Positions 26,856-36,459 of a stretch of 64,000 nt of DNA are shown here, one piece after another. The first letter of the stretch is position 1. Each line of letters opens with the position of its first letter. Under the pieces are notes generated by a model. The model made no database searches. It was not told the origin of the DNA and was given only the letters and a program-made list of their open reading frames with translations. The translations under genes and the position numbers were made by a program. The stretch is taken from positions 124,001 through 188,000 of the IMG/VR virus record IMGVR_UViG_3300033997_000478. The stretch is one strand, 5' to 3'.

Positions 26856-29800
26856 TTAGCCGATCTTGGCGATGCTGCGGGCTACCCAGCGCAGCAGCCC
26901 AGTGACAACCTGATCGATCTGATCTTCGATGTGGTTGTAGTGGGTGTAGCGCCGTTCGAACTCGTGGTGTTCGCACAGTTCGCAGTAGTCATCCAGCAGG
27001 CCAGCCTCATCGAGGTTGCCCCACATCAAGCTACCATCGCTGTGATCAGCGTAGCCGATGACGTTGACGAACTCGACATCACGCTGCTTGTCCACGATCT
27101 CCACGATGAACTGCAGCGCCTTCTCAACGCCAGCCTTGTCCAGTGCCGGCATCAGAGTGGGCGAACGCACCAAACCCTGCTTTTGACGGAACGTGCCATT
27201 GTCGTTGACGACCTTGTCCGGACCCATCAACTGCATCGAGCGACCCAACGCCTTGGCCGGACCTTGACGGTTGAGTACCGCCTTGAACTGGGGAGCGGCC
27301 TTGTTGAACAAGGCATGTACGATGTCTTCGTCGACACCGATCTCCTTGTCGTAGGCGTCAGCCAACTTTGGCTCGAAGCTCTTGTGGATTGCCAGCAGGG
27401 CGTCGCTCTCAGCCTTGATGGCAGCACTGATCGCTTGGCACTGCTTGACCACCTTGTTGGTGTTGTCGATGGTCTTGCCCAACATGACCGCACCATTGCC
27501 CGAGAGCGGACCGCCGTAGGCCAGCTTGTCGTAGATGCCGTCGGCGGCCACCAGGCCGTGTTCGACAAAGCGCGTACCTTCAGGCACCTTCAGGTTCGGG
27601 AACAGCCCTTGGATCAGGTCCTTGACCTTCATGCCGTCAGCGCTGGAGAGATCCCGCAGTTCCGGCTTCTTCGGTTCGGGTGTGGAGAACACCTTGCGTA
27701 CCGACTTGATCAGATCGCCGAAACCTTCCAGCGAGACGCCGAAGGAACTCTCGATTTCCTCGGCCTCCTCACCAGAGATGAAGCCCATGCCCAAGTAGTC
27801 GTTGAGGGCTGCCTCCATGGAGATCACGTGGGGGTCGTCCTCGTAGTCTTCCATCGAGGTGAAGTAACCCTCCAGCGTCTTGGCGGCATCGCCAGAGTAG
27901 TCCGAGCCCATGATCATAGCGACCTGCTGCTTGGACCATTCCAGAATGTCAGCCGAACGGGTGGAGATGTTCGGCTCGTCCCCGGTATCCAGGGTGACGA
28001 ACTGGAACTTCACTGGCGTGTCCTGACCCAGGCGATCGATACGGGCCTTGGCCTGCACCAGTTCATGGTCGCGGAAGGGACTGTTGAGGAAGATCGCAAG
28101 ATCGGCCATCACCAGCGGCACCGCCGTGGACAGGGACGGGTAGGTAGCGCACAGCGGGTCGACACTGGGGTCGGTCTCGAATGCACCCACGTTGGTGGCC
28201 AGATCCTTGTTGGTCTTGCCGTAGACCAGCAACGGCTTCTTGCCCAGCTTGGTCAGTACGTTCTGCAGCTCTTCGACCACCGGCACGTAAGAGGTGAAGA
28301 TCACCGTCTTCTTCTGCGCCTTGTCCATGATCGCATCGAACGGGATGTGCGGCAGCATCTCCAGATGGCAGCGACTGCGTGACTTGCCGACCACCGAACC
28401 CAGGGCCTCGCCCATGACCTTCAGGTGGACGTACTTGATCACCGAGCGGGCGCCCTTGAACGCCTTGCGGTCAGCGATGTTCAACTTCGGCATGATGAAC
28501 TTCAGCTCGAAGTTGTTGCAGAACATCGCCTCTTCCTTCATCTCCTTCGGATCGTAGTACTTCTTGATCTTCTCGATGTAGGTGCGGTAGGTCTTGTAGT
28601 CGCTGCGTTCCTGCGTGGTCGCAATAGCGTCCTCGTAGTCACGCAGGCAGTTCTCGTAGATGTCCTCGTACTTGGAGTAGTTCTTCTTGTAGTACTCCAA
28701 GCGCTCAGCGATGAAGTCCTTCATCTGCTGGCGGATCGAGTCCAGCGTGTAGTCCTCGCCGTTGGGCAACTTGACCTTCACCGTCGGCAGTTCGACCGGC
28801 TTGTTGTCCACCACGTCCTTCTTCTCAACGCGGTAGGAGATAAAGCCCATGCGGTTGCGCAGCACGTCCAGTGCGCGCTTGGCATTGACGCCGAAGATCG
28901 CACGGAAGCCCTTCTCCACGTCCGGAGTGAAGCGCGGATCGATGGTCTTGAGCAGTGGTACACATTCACCACCCAGCGCCTTGATCGGCGTGCCAGAGGA
29001 CCACAGTACGTTCTCGCTCTTGACCCGCTCGCACAGGTCGATGAAGGTCTGCGTACGCTGGGAGGACATCTCGTTGAAGTTGTGCGACTCATCGAGGATG
29101 ACCGTCACCTTGCCGTTGAGCTTGCCGACGTTGGACATCAGGATCGGCAGACCCTCGTAGTGGGTGATCAGGATACGTTCACCCTTGTAGGGCTTCTTCT
29201 CACCAGCGATCCACGGGATCTGCGGCTTGACGTATTCCTCGCGCACGGTCTTGTCCCACACGCGGTAGACCGCATTGTTGGGCGAGACAATGACGATGTA
29301 GTCCGAGTGGACCATCTCAGCCAGGAACAGGTTGGTGAGCGTGTTGTGCGTCACCACGAAGTTGTCGGTAATGTACAGTCGATCAGGGTGGTCGATAGAG
29401 ATGCACTGGCACGGTTCTTCGGAGACTTTCTCAACCTTTACGACGGCAAGTTTGAGGTTTTGCGCGTATTGGTTATCGTCGTTGGTGCGTTCACGCTTCC
29501 GGGCCAGCCTGAAGAGATCACCACCACGCTTGATCCTGACGTTTACCAAATACGAAAGTCGCCCAGCTCGCCGTTCTTCACCGTAGGTATAGTAGGTCTG
29601 TCTGGAAGTTACACTGGCGATGCCGCCCACAGACCAAATCAGGTCCTGTACATCCAGGGCGAGTTTCTCGCTGGTGGTGCAGTACGTGATCGTACCCCCA
29701 CTTACCGTGCCATCTGTATCGAAAAGACCTTGTAGGATCGACAGACGTTGTTGGAGCGACCCGTTCTTGTATTGGTTGGGAATGAATCTTTCGTGAGAAC

Positions 29801-30860
29801 CCAATCCAAACAATCCAAGGTCACGAAGAATTTCAGTGAGGGGGTTCTTCTTCACTGACATGTCGGTGCGGGTGAGACGGTACGTCAGGGCCCGTTCATC
29901 TTTCGTCTGAACCAAGCCCACGCCTTCCGGAAGTAGTGGGGTGATGGTGTCGAAAAGTTCCGCATCATTTTTAGTGATGGCGATCGAACCGCTGGCCGTG
30001 GAGCCATCACCAATCAGTACACCCAGCAAATAAGGATCGACTGGAAGTTGGACCTCACTCCCCGCATCGGGGGTCATCAGATCGATGTGTACTCGATGGC
30101 CTTGCTCCAGGCGATCCTTCATTGCCAGAGTGTCGATAACCTGACAATAGCCGGGACGTTCAGGGCGCTGCCGATTGTCATACACCCGCCACAGGTGTTC
30201 ACCACAGCTACGGGCAGTGCGCCCGTCTTTGAAGGTGATCTCATAGACGTCCTTGACGCCCTGGGGGTACACCCCGGTGATGCGGGTCTCCGAACCGTCC
30301 CACGCGGTAACTACCGAGCCCACTTGAGCCTCACCCATGGTCATCCAACCATCAGGCGTTTTGATGAGTGAACTCAGAGGTTGGGCTTTACCCGAACCGG
30401 CCGCAGCCGAGAGCAGATAGCCATGCAGGCCAAGGGCGGTACGGCCGTACTCGTAGACATCGAAGAACTCCAACTGGTGCTTCATCGGCGTCTTCTTGAA
30501 CAGCTTGAGCTTGGTGCGATCAAAGATGCGCGGGAAGTTTTCCTTATCGGCCAGACCGGCCAACCAGGTATTCTCTTCCATGGCCTTGATCGCGGCCAGG
30601 ATCGTATTGCGCGGTGTCCAGTTGCGGCGCTGCTTGAGCAGCTCCTGGAGCATGTAGTGGATTTCGATGGCGTAGAAGTCACGGAACTTGATCGAGCGCT
30701 TGGACATGTCCAAGAACATGTTGCCCTCGATCTTGCTCGTACCCCATGCGGCCTTGATGTCGCGCATCAGGTTGGCGGCGCCAGCGCCACCAATTTCGAT
30801 TACGTTGTCTTCTTGGGAAACGTAAACGATACCCAACATGCGCTTGAGGAATTGGGACAT
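26856..30860 (-). CDS. SNF2/DExH-family helicase (phiKZ-like, probably virion-associated) with an intein and a C-terminal extension
   Basis: Walker A AAGSGK|T split by the intein; ILDESH; SSGTP; QAKARIDRLGQ (motif VI). Confidence 0.9.
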   Translation of the reverse strand: MSQFLKRMLGIVYVSQEDNVIEIGGAGAANLMRDIKAAWGTSKIEGNMFLDMSKRSIKFRDFYAIEIHYMLQELLKQRRNWTPRNTILAAIKAMEENTWLAGLADKENFPRIFDRTKLKLFKKTPMKHQLEFFDVYEYGRTALGLHGYLLSAAAGSGKAQPLSSLIKTPDGWMTMGEAQVGSVVTAWDGSETRITGVYPQGVKDVYEITFKDGRTARSCGEHLWRVYDNRQRPERPGYCQVIDTLAMKDRLEQGHRVHIDLMTPDAGSEVQLPVDPYLLGVLIGDGSTASGSIAITKNDAELFDTITPLLPEGVGLVQTKDERALTYRLTRTDMSVKKNPLTEILRDLGLFGLGSHERFIPNQYKNGSLQQRLSILQGLFDTDGTVSGGTITYCTTSEKLALDVQDLIWSVGGIASVTSRQTYYTYGEERRAGRLSYLVNVRIKRGGDLFRLARKRERTNDDNQYAQNLKLAVVKVEKVSEEPCQCISIDHPDRLYITDNFVVTHNTLTNLFLAEMVHSDYIVIVSPNNAVYRVWDKTVREEYVKPQIPWIAGEKKPYKGERILITHYEGLPILMSNVGKLNGKVTVILDESHNFNEMSSQRTQTFIDLCERVKSENVLWSSGTPIKALGGECVPLLKTIDPRFTPDVEKGFRAIFGVNAKRALDVLRNRMGFISYRVEKKDVVDNKPVELPTVKVKLPNGEDYTLDSIRQQMKDFIAERLEYYKKNYSKYEDIYENCLRDYEDAIATTQERSDYKTYRTYIEKIKKYYDPKEMKEEAMFCNNFELKFIMPKLNIADRKAFKGARSVIKYVHLKVMGEALGSVVGKSRSRCHLEMLPHIPFDAIMDKAQKKTVIFTSYVPVVEELQNVLTKLGKKPLLVYGKTNKDLATNVGAFETDPSVDPLCATYPSLSTAVPLVMADLAIFLNSPFRDHELVQAKARIDRLGQDTPVKFQFVTLDTGDEPNISTRSADILEWSKQQVAMIMGSDYSGDAAKTLEGYFTSMEDYEDDPHVISMEAALNDYLGMGFISGEEAEEIESSFGVSLEGFGDLIKSVRKVFSTPEPKKPELRDLSSADGMKVKDLIQGLFPNLKVPEGTRFVEHGLVAADGIYDKLAYGGPLSGNGAVMLGKTIDNTNKVVKQCQAISAAIKAESDALLAIHKSFEPKLADAYDKEIGVDEDIVHALFNKAAPQFKAVLNRQGPAKALGRSMQLMGPDKVVNDNGTFRQKQGLVRSPTLMPALDKAGVEKALQFIVEIVDKQRDVEFVNVIGYADHSDGSLMWGNLDEAGLLDDYCELCEHHEFERRYTHYNHIEDQIDQVVTGLLRWVARSIAKIG
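29343..30386 (-). mobile_element. Intein (348 aa), Ala1 class-3 type, with LAGLIDADG endonuclease
   Basis: Starts AQPLSSLIKTPDGW, ends VVTHN|T; HLW, CQC and THN give the WCT triplet; LLGVLIGDG and LQGLFDTDG; different codon usage. Confidence 0.92.
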
Positions 30861-30872
30861 GGTGATAAACTC

Positions 30873-31949
30873 TTAGGAGGCTTTGTCGAGGCAGGAGTTG
30901 GCGAAGTCGGCGAGTTCGCCAAGAACCTTCAGACGGAACTGCAGGCCGGTGGAGAGGTCGCCGGAGACGCGCGAGGTCAGGCTGATCAGGCTCTTCATCG
31001 CCACCAGACTGAGCTTGTCTTCGTCGGAGTAGTCTTCATCGCGCTTGCGATCGTTCTCTTCGTCCAGACGATCGGTGACCTTGGCCAGTTCGTTGAGCAG
31101 GGTGCGAACTTCGAAGTTGAGCTTGATCTGCAGATCCTGGGTTTCCTCCAGCAGCTTCATCAGCTGGCTGATCTGACCCTTGACGGTGACCGTGCCCGTA
31201 CCTGCAGCACCCAGGTTCTGCTTAAACGCATCGCTCATCATCGCCCTGGTCGGCGCTTCAGTGCCGGCGAGCACTTCGCTGACCGAAGTCAGACCAGTGG
31301 GAGCATCGCCGCCCATCATGATCCAGGACTGGCGGGACATCAGGTACAGGTCGCAAAGGCGGGTGGTGTTGGAAACATCCAGACCATGGACGCGTGCTTC
31401 TTCAAAGCGCTTGATCAGCTGGCCGTAACCGGCCACAGTGCGCGGCTGGAAGTGACGGGTGTCCATGCGGCTGATCATGACCGCCGCCACGCGAAGCGGT
31501 AGGCCGGCGCCGTTGAGTTCCACATCGAAGGTGGACCGACCCTTGTGACTGTTCAGGTAGTCACGGGCCTTTTTGATCTTGCCATCGATGTTGGCGGTGA
31601 CGGTACTCACCCAAGCCATGAACTGCTTGGCCAGTTCCTTGATCTTCTTCAGGATGATCGGAACCCACTTCTTCAAGAAGGCAACGATCTGATCGACTTG
31701 CGAGCTGTTGAGGTGGATCTGCACCCCCTCCATCGAGACGGTTTCACCCGTACCCAGGACCTGACCGTGGGCGTTGATCTCCTGAGCCACCTTGGGGTCC
31801 AGACGTTTGGCGCGGACCAGCCAGTCGTTGGCCTGATTGAGTTCCTCGAAGGAAACGGTCAGCTCCTCCAGAATGGATTCGCCGGTGGCGGTATCGCCAG
31901 TTGGGCCCTGCGTAATGCGGGCATTGAAAGCGGTTTGACGGGGGCGCAT
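30873..31949 (-). CDS. Putative virion head protein (phiKZ-like, protease-processed)
   Basis: Acidic N-terminus with S-x-E sites (SFE, SME) followed by an amphipathic helix (IVAFLKKWVPIILKKIKELAKQFMAWV). Confidence 0.62.
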   Translation of the reverse strand: MRPRQTAFNARITQGPTGDTATGESILEELTVSFEELNQANDWLVRAKRLDPKVAQEINAHGQVLGTGETVSMEGVQIHLNSSQVDQIVAFLKKWVPIILKKIKELAKQFMAWVSTVTANIDGKIKKARDYLNSHKGRSTFDVELNGAGLPLRVAAVMISRMDTRHFQPRTVAGYGQLIKRFEEARVHGLDVSNTTRLCDLYLMSRQSWIMMGGDAPTGLTSVSEVLAGTEAPTRAMMSDAFKQNLGAAGTGTVTVKGQISQLMKLLEETQDLQIKLNFEVRTLLNELAKVTDRLDEENDRKRDEDYSDEDKLSLVAMKSLISLTSRVSGDLSTGLQFRLKVLGELADFANSCLDKAS

Positions 31950-32028
31950 GTGAGTGTGGCCTTATGGGAATTCAGTCATAGAATCAGCCTCGGTGAAGAC
32001 CAGGCAAAATCGACTTGATTGAAAAAAG

Positions 32029-32053
32029 TTTCATCGCTATAATACAACCGTGA
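32029..32053 (+). promoter_or_regulatory. Putative phage early promoter
   Basis: A-tract plus TTTCA-tcgcta-TAATAC-aaccg-TGA. Confidence 0.72.
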
Positions 32054-32113
32054 AGCCTAAGACAGATCATTGATTAGGTGGATCTCAACCCTACCCAATT
32101 TGGAGAGCTTTCA

Positions 32114-32509
32114 ATGTACGCTAACAACACTGCCGCCACCGTCGCCATCATCAACGCCATCTTCGCCAACAACGCCATCGAGCAGGTGGAGTTCAAGCCG
32201 GAGTACCACAACGGCACTGGCTACTTCGACCCGATCGCCAAGGCAGATCTGGGTTCGGAGATCGTCAAGATGGTCGATGAGAACGGCCGCCGCATCGTGG
32301 TCATCCCCTGCCCGCGTCAGAACGTGGTGCTCAACGAGCGCTATCGTGACAACCAGGGCCAGGTGGTGATCCACTGCCACAAGGCCGACGTGGTTGCTGG
32401 TTACGACGCCAGCCTGCGCATCAACCACACCTACAGCGGTGCGGTCGACCGCGACGACCTGACCGCCTGGCTGAACGAGACCGCCGAGATCGTCGGCGCA
32501 GCTCACTAA
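32114..32509 (+). CDS. Jumbo-phage hypothetical protein (NGTGYFD type)
   Basis: EFKPEYHNGTGYFD...DENGRRIVVIP...NVVLNERY; GGAGAG SD. Confidence 0.78.
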   Translation: MYANNTAATVAIINAIFANNAIEQVEFKPEYHNGTGYFDPIAKADLGSEIVKMVDENGRRIVVIPCPRQNVVLNERYRDNQGQVVIHCHKADVVAGYDASLRINHTYSGAVDRDDLTAWLNETAEIVGAAH

Positions 32510-32527
32510 CCCGCAGGAGTCCAACTC

Positions 32528-32686
32528 ATGAGTGCTGAGAAAAAGCAGGAAGGTGAGTTGGACTCTGCTGGAGAGCAGAGCCCACCGCCGCCGGAAACCT
32601 TCTCTGAACTGGCTGGCGATGCACTCGCCGGTCTGTTCGGGCACATCTTCGAATCGTTCGTTAAGCACAAGGACAAAGAGTCATGA
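32528..32686 (+). CDS. Small hypothetical protein (52 aa)
   Basis: AGGAG SD; ATGA overlap with the next gene; read by eye. Confidence 0.55.
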   Translation: MSAEKKQEGELDSAGEQSPPPPETFSELAGDALAGLFGHIFESFVKHKDKES

Positions 32687-32946
32687 TCACCACCACCGTC
32701 GCCGCCAACAAGCTCGCCTACACCATGCGTACCCGCAACCTGCGCATCCTGGGCCCGGCTGAAATCCATCGCGCCGAAGAAGGTGAGATCTTCAAGACCA
32801 CCTACGAAGGCTACAAGGCGTTGGCCATCCGTCAGGGCCAGGGCTACGCCTACCTGTACTACCACAAGGAAGACAACAAGGCCTACGCCTACATCGACAG
32901 TGGCGTGGACAACACTGCCATGCAGAAGCTTGTTGCCGCCTGCTAA
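32683..32946 (+). CDS. Hypothetical protein
   Basis: ORF track; codon bias. Confidence 0.7.
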   Translation: MITTTVAANKLAYTMRTRNLRILGPAEIHRAEEGEIFKTTYEGYKALAIRQGQGYAYLYYHKEDNKAYAYIDSGVDNTAMQKLVAAC

Positions 32947-32988
32947 TCCGCACAACCCGCAACACCTAACCCATTCTGGAGAGCTACA

Positions 32989-33429
32989 ATGATTGACCTT
33001 ATCCATCCCTCGATGTTCGCCCGCTTCGAGCAGCTGCTGACTACCGCCAAGGTGCGTACCACCTTCGTCATGGGGCTCGACTCTCCGTCTGAGCACCTGC
33101 AGGGTCTGCGTAAGTGCGAACTGTTCTTCGACGACGAAGCTCGCGCTGACCGTGACCTGCTCGGCATGCCGACTCTGATGCTGGCTGTGGAGCACAGCCC
33201 CAACGTCGTGGTGGCTCGCCATCCGCAGTTGGGTTGGCTGGACGTGAGCAATGCCACGCCGGAGGATCTGGCCCGACTGCATAGTGGCACGTTCAACAAC
33301 GAGATGTTTGGCGCCATCAAGCCGTTCACCACCGAAGAAACCAAGCCGGAGCCGGCCAAGTCGGTGGCTCCGACCATCGGCAATGTGATCGATGTAGTCC
33401 TCGGCCGCATCTTCAATATGGCTCGCTGA
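32989..33429 (+). CDS. Hypothetical protein
   Basis: GGAGAG SD. Confidence 0.72.
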   Translation: MIDLIHPSMFARFEQLLTTAKVRTTFVMGLDSPSEHLQGLRKCELFFDDEARADRDLLGMPTLMLAVEHSPNVVVARHPQLGWLDVSNATPEDLARLHSGTFNNEMFGAIKPFTTEETKPEPAKSVAPTIGNVIDVVLGRIFNMAR

Positions 33430-33497
33430 GTCTACACACAGCGCCTTGGCAACAGGGCGCTGCACTGTGGGCTTACCCCACTTGAAGGGAGAGTGTC

Positions 33498-33611
33498 ATG
33501 ATTCTCTTGCAATTGTACATCGCCGCGTTTCTGGTGTTTATCGCCTTGGCAATTTTGGGCATGATCATCAAAGCCGGCCAATCGGTAGTTGAGTACTTCC
33601 AAGCTGTTTAA
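33498..33611 (+). CDS. Small membrane protein (37 aa)
   Basis: GGGAGAG SD; single TM; read by eye. Confidence 0.55.
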   Translation: MILLQLYIAAFLVFIALAILGMIIKAGQSVVEYFQAV

Positions 33612-33628
33612 CCCGAAAGGAGAGCTGT

Positions 33629-34984
33629 ATGTTCAAGATTGGTATCATGGGGTTGAAGCCGCGTCAGAGTTCGTCGATCGATCTGACCGCCTTCCCCCAT
33701 CTGTCTGTGGCGTTCTACGATGAGCGCAGCTACAGTCGTGCTGCGGTGACCAAGTTCGTAGGTAACTACGACAAGGTCATCGTACTGCAGCGCAACGTCC
33801 CCGGCCCGACGACCTCCTATGTCCCCAACGAAAAGCTGAGCATCATCACCGGCAGTGTCAGCTCGGTTGTTCGGGAGCTGGAGACGATCGAACAAGCCCA
33901 GGCTGCAAGTGATACCCCCGCACAGAAGGAAGAGAACAAGCCCAAGTTCAAGATTCCCAAGGACTGGTCGGCACCTTCGCCGGAAGTGCTGGCTATGTCG
34001 GTGGAAGAGGAAGTTGCAAAGCCGGAACCGGAACCTGTAGCTGAAGTTGCCGCAGCTCCGGAAAAGAAGATCCAGCGTGTGGCGCTTGCCATGGATCTGC
34101 CGGAAGGGTATCGTTCGCAGTACTCTCTGCCGGAGGTGGACTGCGACGTGGTGGTCAACTTCCCCAACTCCAACGGCGTGCAGAGTTACATGCTGCTGAT
34201 GGCAGCCGAGCCGGGTGATGTGCTTCGCTTTGCCCGTCCGGCCGATACCTCGTTGACGGTCTGGCGTCAGCGGATCAATTCGGTGCGCTGGCGTTACCAG
34301 AAGATCCACGGCAAGCTGTTGGAAGCACATTACTACCAGGACTATGTGGACCTGCAGGTGATGCGCAAGGAAGAGGTGCCGACCAACACGCTCAACGTCA
34401 AGGCTGAGGTTACCAAGGTCGAGGCTGAGCTGTTCCCCTCCGCCGATATGGGTAGCACGGTGGTTGTGGTAACCGACTCCGAGCACGGCTTCACTGCGGT
34501 GACGGCCGATGTGGCGGAGGTTCCCAACGGCATGTCTGCTGCGGAGATGGATTTCGCCGAAGAAGACGAGACTCCCGCTGAAGTACAGCAGACGACCTCG
34601 GAGCTTGATTGGGTTGTTCGGGGCAACCACCCGCCGCGTGTCAATGCAGGAGCGCACTTCACTGGGTTTGGTGATAGTCTTTATCCGGCTGGTATGACTG
34701 CACCGGTGGAAACCTCGCCGCGTTTGAAACCGCCTGTCAACGTCGAGTCGGTCGAACTCACCCACCAGCAGTTGGTCGAGGCGGCTGAGCGGACCTTCAT
34801 GGACACGACCGAACCGGCTGCTGTCGTAGAAGCACCCAGCCCGGAAGCAAAGACCGTCTCCACGGTTCCTGAAAGGCTGTTCTGGCGGAAGGTGTTCTTC
34901 CACTTCCTCAACAACGGCATGACTGCCACCCACGCTGCCAATCAGGCAGACACGGCGCTGGAACGCCATCGCAAGACGCTGTAA
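33629..34984 (+). CDS. Hypothetical multi-domain protein with acidic linkers
   Basis: 451 aa; AAGGAG SD; terminator follows. Confidence 0.78.
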   Translation: MFKIGIMGLKPRQSSSIDLTAFPHLSVAFYDERSYSRAAVTKFVGNYDKVIVLQRNVPGPTTSYVPNEKLSIITGSVSSVVRELETIEQAQAASDTPAQKEENKPKFKIPKDWSAPSPEVLAMSVEEEVAKPEPEPVAEVAAAPEKKIQRVALAMDLPEGYRSQYSLPEVDCDVVVNFPNSNGVQSYMLLMAAEPGDVLRFARPADTSLTVWRQRINSVRWRYQKIHGKLLEAHYYQDYVDLQVMRKEEVPTNTLNVKAEVTKVEAELFPSADMGSTVVVVTDSEHGFTAVTADVAEVPNGMSAAEMDFAEEDETPAEVQQTTSELDWVVRGNHPPRVNAGAHFTGFGDSLYPAGMTAPVETSPRLKPPVNVESVELTHQQLVEAAERTFMDTTEPAAVVEAPSPEAKTVSTVPERLFWRKVFFHFLNNGMTATHAANQADTALERHRKTL

Positions 34985-34989
34985 TCCCC

Positions 34990-35017
34990 AGGGGCTCTTC
35001 GGAGCCCCTTCTCTTTT
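34990..35017 (+). terminator. Intrinsic terminator
   Basis: aggggctc-TTCG-gagcccct followed by a T-rich tail. Confidence 0.75.
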
Positions 35018-35037
35018 CTATCAAAGGACCGCAACTC

Positions 35038-35343
35038 ATGAATATCGACATCCTGTTCTCCACCGTCTTCTTCGCCATCACCGTCATCGGCGCTGCTGCC
35101 ACCCTGTACAGCGTGACCATGGTGGTGCCGCACATGGAGCGCCGCGCTCTGAAGGCCTCCCACATCTCCGGCCTGTCCCAGCTGATCTTCGCCCTGAGTC
35201 TGCTGGCCTTGGCGGTCATGTTCAACACCCGTGGCCTGCCGATGACCTCCGGTTCGATCGTGGCGCTGGCGCTGGTTGCACTGGGTGCGGTCAACTGGCA
35301 CAACGTGTACGTCCGTCGCGCCTACAACCTGGCCCTGCGCTAA
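35038..35343 (+). CDS. Small three-TM membrane protein
   Basis: Three hydrophobic helices. Confidence 0.72.
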   Translation: MNIDILFSTVFFAITVIGAAATLYSVTMVVPHMERRALKASHISGLSQLIFALSLLALAVMFNTRGLPMTSGSIVALALVALGAVNWHNVYVRRAYNLALR

Positions 35344-35353
35344 GGGGACGCTC

Positions 35354-35677
35354 ATGATGAAGTGGACCACCCAACTGGCGACCGCCTGCCGCGAGTTCAA
35401 GCGTAAGTTGGACGCTGATTTGATGAGTATGGACCTGTGGAGGCGCAGCAGGTCGGCATGTGAAGCTGCCATGGCCTGCGACACCGCCGCCCGCCGGCTG
35501 GAGTCAAAAGGCCAGAAGGGTAGTGACAGTTGGCACATTCAGAAAGCGTTCTTCCAAGTACACGAGAACAATTTTCGCAATGTCCAACTGGCCATCACCG
35601 CCCAGAAAGAATTCCACGAACAGCACAACACCTGTTTCTGGAAAACCGCCCGTTGGTTCCGCGACTGGTTCTACTAA
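35354..35677 (+). CDS. Hypothetical protein
   Basis: AAGGGG SD. Confidence 0.65.
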   Translation: MMKWTTQLATACREFKRKLDADLMSMDLWRRSRSACEAAMACDTAARRLESKGQKGSDSWHIQKAFFQVHENNFRNVQLAITAQKEFHEQHNTCFWKTARWFRDWFY

Positions 35678-35780
35678 GTAACACGCTCCTGCCCCTTCGG
35701 GGGCAGGGGCAGATGGGGATCTCTTTCTTTTTCGGTATCGTATGGTAACCGCAACTATCACCTATGCCGGAGACGGGACC

Positions 35781-36446
35781 ATGTTCCCCATCGATTGGAC
35801 CAAACTGCTCAACCCCAAGAACATCGTCATGCTCGTGGTCTCCCTGCTGATGCTGGGGGCTGCGATCTACGGCGGTGTCAAGGTCTACAACTGGGTGTAC
35901 GATCGAGGCGCCGCCTCCCGTGATCCCGAAGTGGCCGAAGCCCAGCGCCTGCAGAAGGAGGCGGAGGACAACTACAAGCGCTACAAGGGCGAATACGACA
36001 ACTGGGTGGCCAACACCAAGAAAGCCAACGAGCAATACATCAAGGAACAACTGGCTGATCTGGATGCCCGTCAAAAGCGCCTGACGGAGGCTGAGACCGC
36101 TGCCCGCAACAAACCCGCAACCATCCAAGAGGTTATCAAGTATGTTCCCGCTGAAGTCGACGCTGCTTATCGTCTGCCTGTTGGCCTTGTCCGCCTGTAC
36201 AACGACACCCTCCAAGGACCCGCCGGCACCTATTCCGGCACTGGCCTTCCCGGAGGCTTCCAAGTCGATGCTGGAGAAGCGTCCGGCACTACGATGTCTC
36301 AATTTGGACAAGTCGCAGCTTTCAACAACACCGAGTGTGTCCTGCGTGGAAAGGTAGTCGAGGAATGGCAAGACTGGTATTCGGTCAATAAAGCCAAGTT
36401 CGACGCACTCCAAAAGCAACAGCAAGAAACCGCACCGAAACCGTAA
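35781..36446 (+). CDS. Inner-membrane spanin (Rz-like i-spanin)
   Basis: N-terminal TM, coiled coil, IQEVIKYVP...LPVGLVRLYN; contains an embedded lipoprotein gene. Confidence 0.78.
   Translation: MFPIDWTKLLNPKNIVMLVVSLLMLGAAIYGGVKVYNWVYDRGAASRDPEVAEAQRLQKEAEDNYKRYKGEYDNWVANTKKANEQYIKEQLADLDARQKRLTEAETAARNKPATIQEVIKYVPAEVDAAYRLPVGLVRLYNDTLQGPAGTYSGTGLPGGFQVDAGEASGTTMSQFGQVAAFNNTECVLRGKVVEEWQDWYSVNKAKFDALQKQQQETAPKP
36142..36357 (+). CDS. Outer-membrane lipoprotein spanin (Rz1-like o-spanin), embedded in the +1 frame
   Basis: AGAGG SD; MFPLKSTLLIVCLLALSA|C lipobox; Pro-rich mature part. Confidence 0.75.
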   Translation: MFPLKSTLLIVCLLALSACTTTPSKDPPAPIPALAFPEASKSMLEKRPALRCLNLDKSQLSTTPSVSCVER

Positions 36447-36459
36447 CTGGGGAATTACG

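Noticed and set aside
26703-29735. Long ORFs antisense to real genes (26703-28382, 28425-29735, also 43373-45067, 12503-13882, 33608-34969 and others)
   Set aside because: They mirror genes with strong C/G third-position bias, which removes stops on the opposite strand; no SDs or motifs.
35038-35343. Holin call for the three-TM protein near the spanins
   Set aside because: It is separated from the spanins by another gene and a terminator, and many similar small membrane proteins occur in the window.
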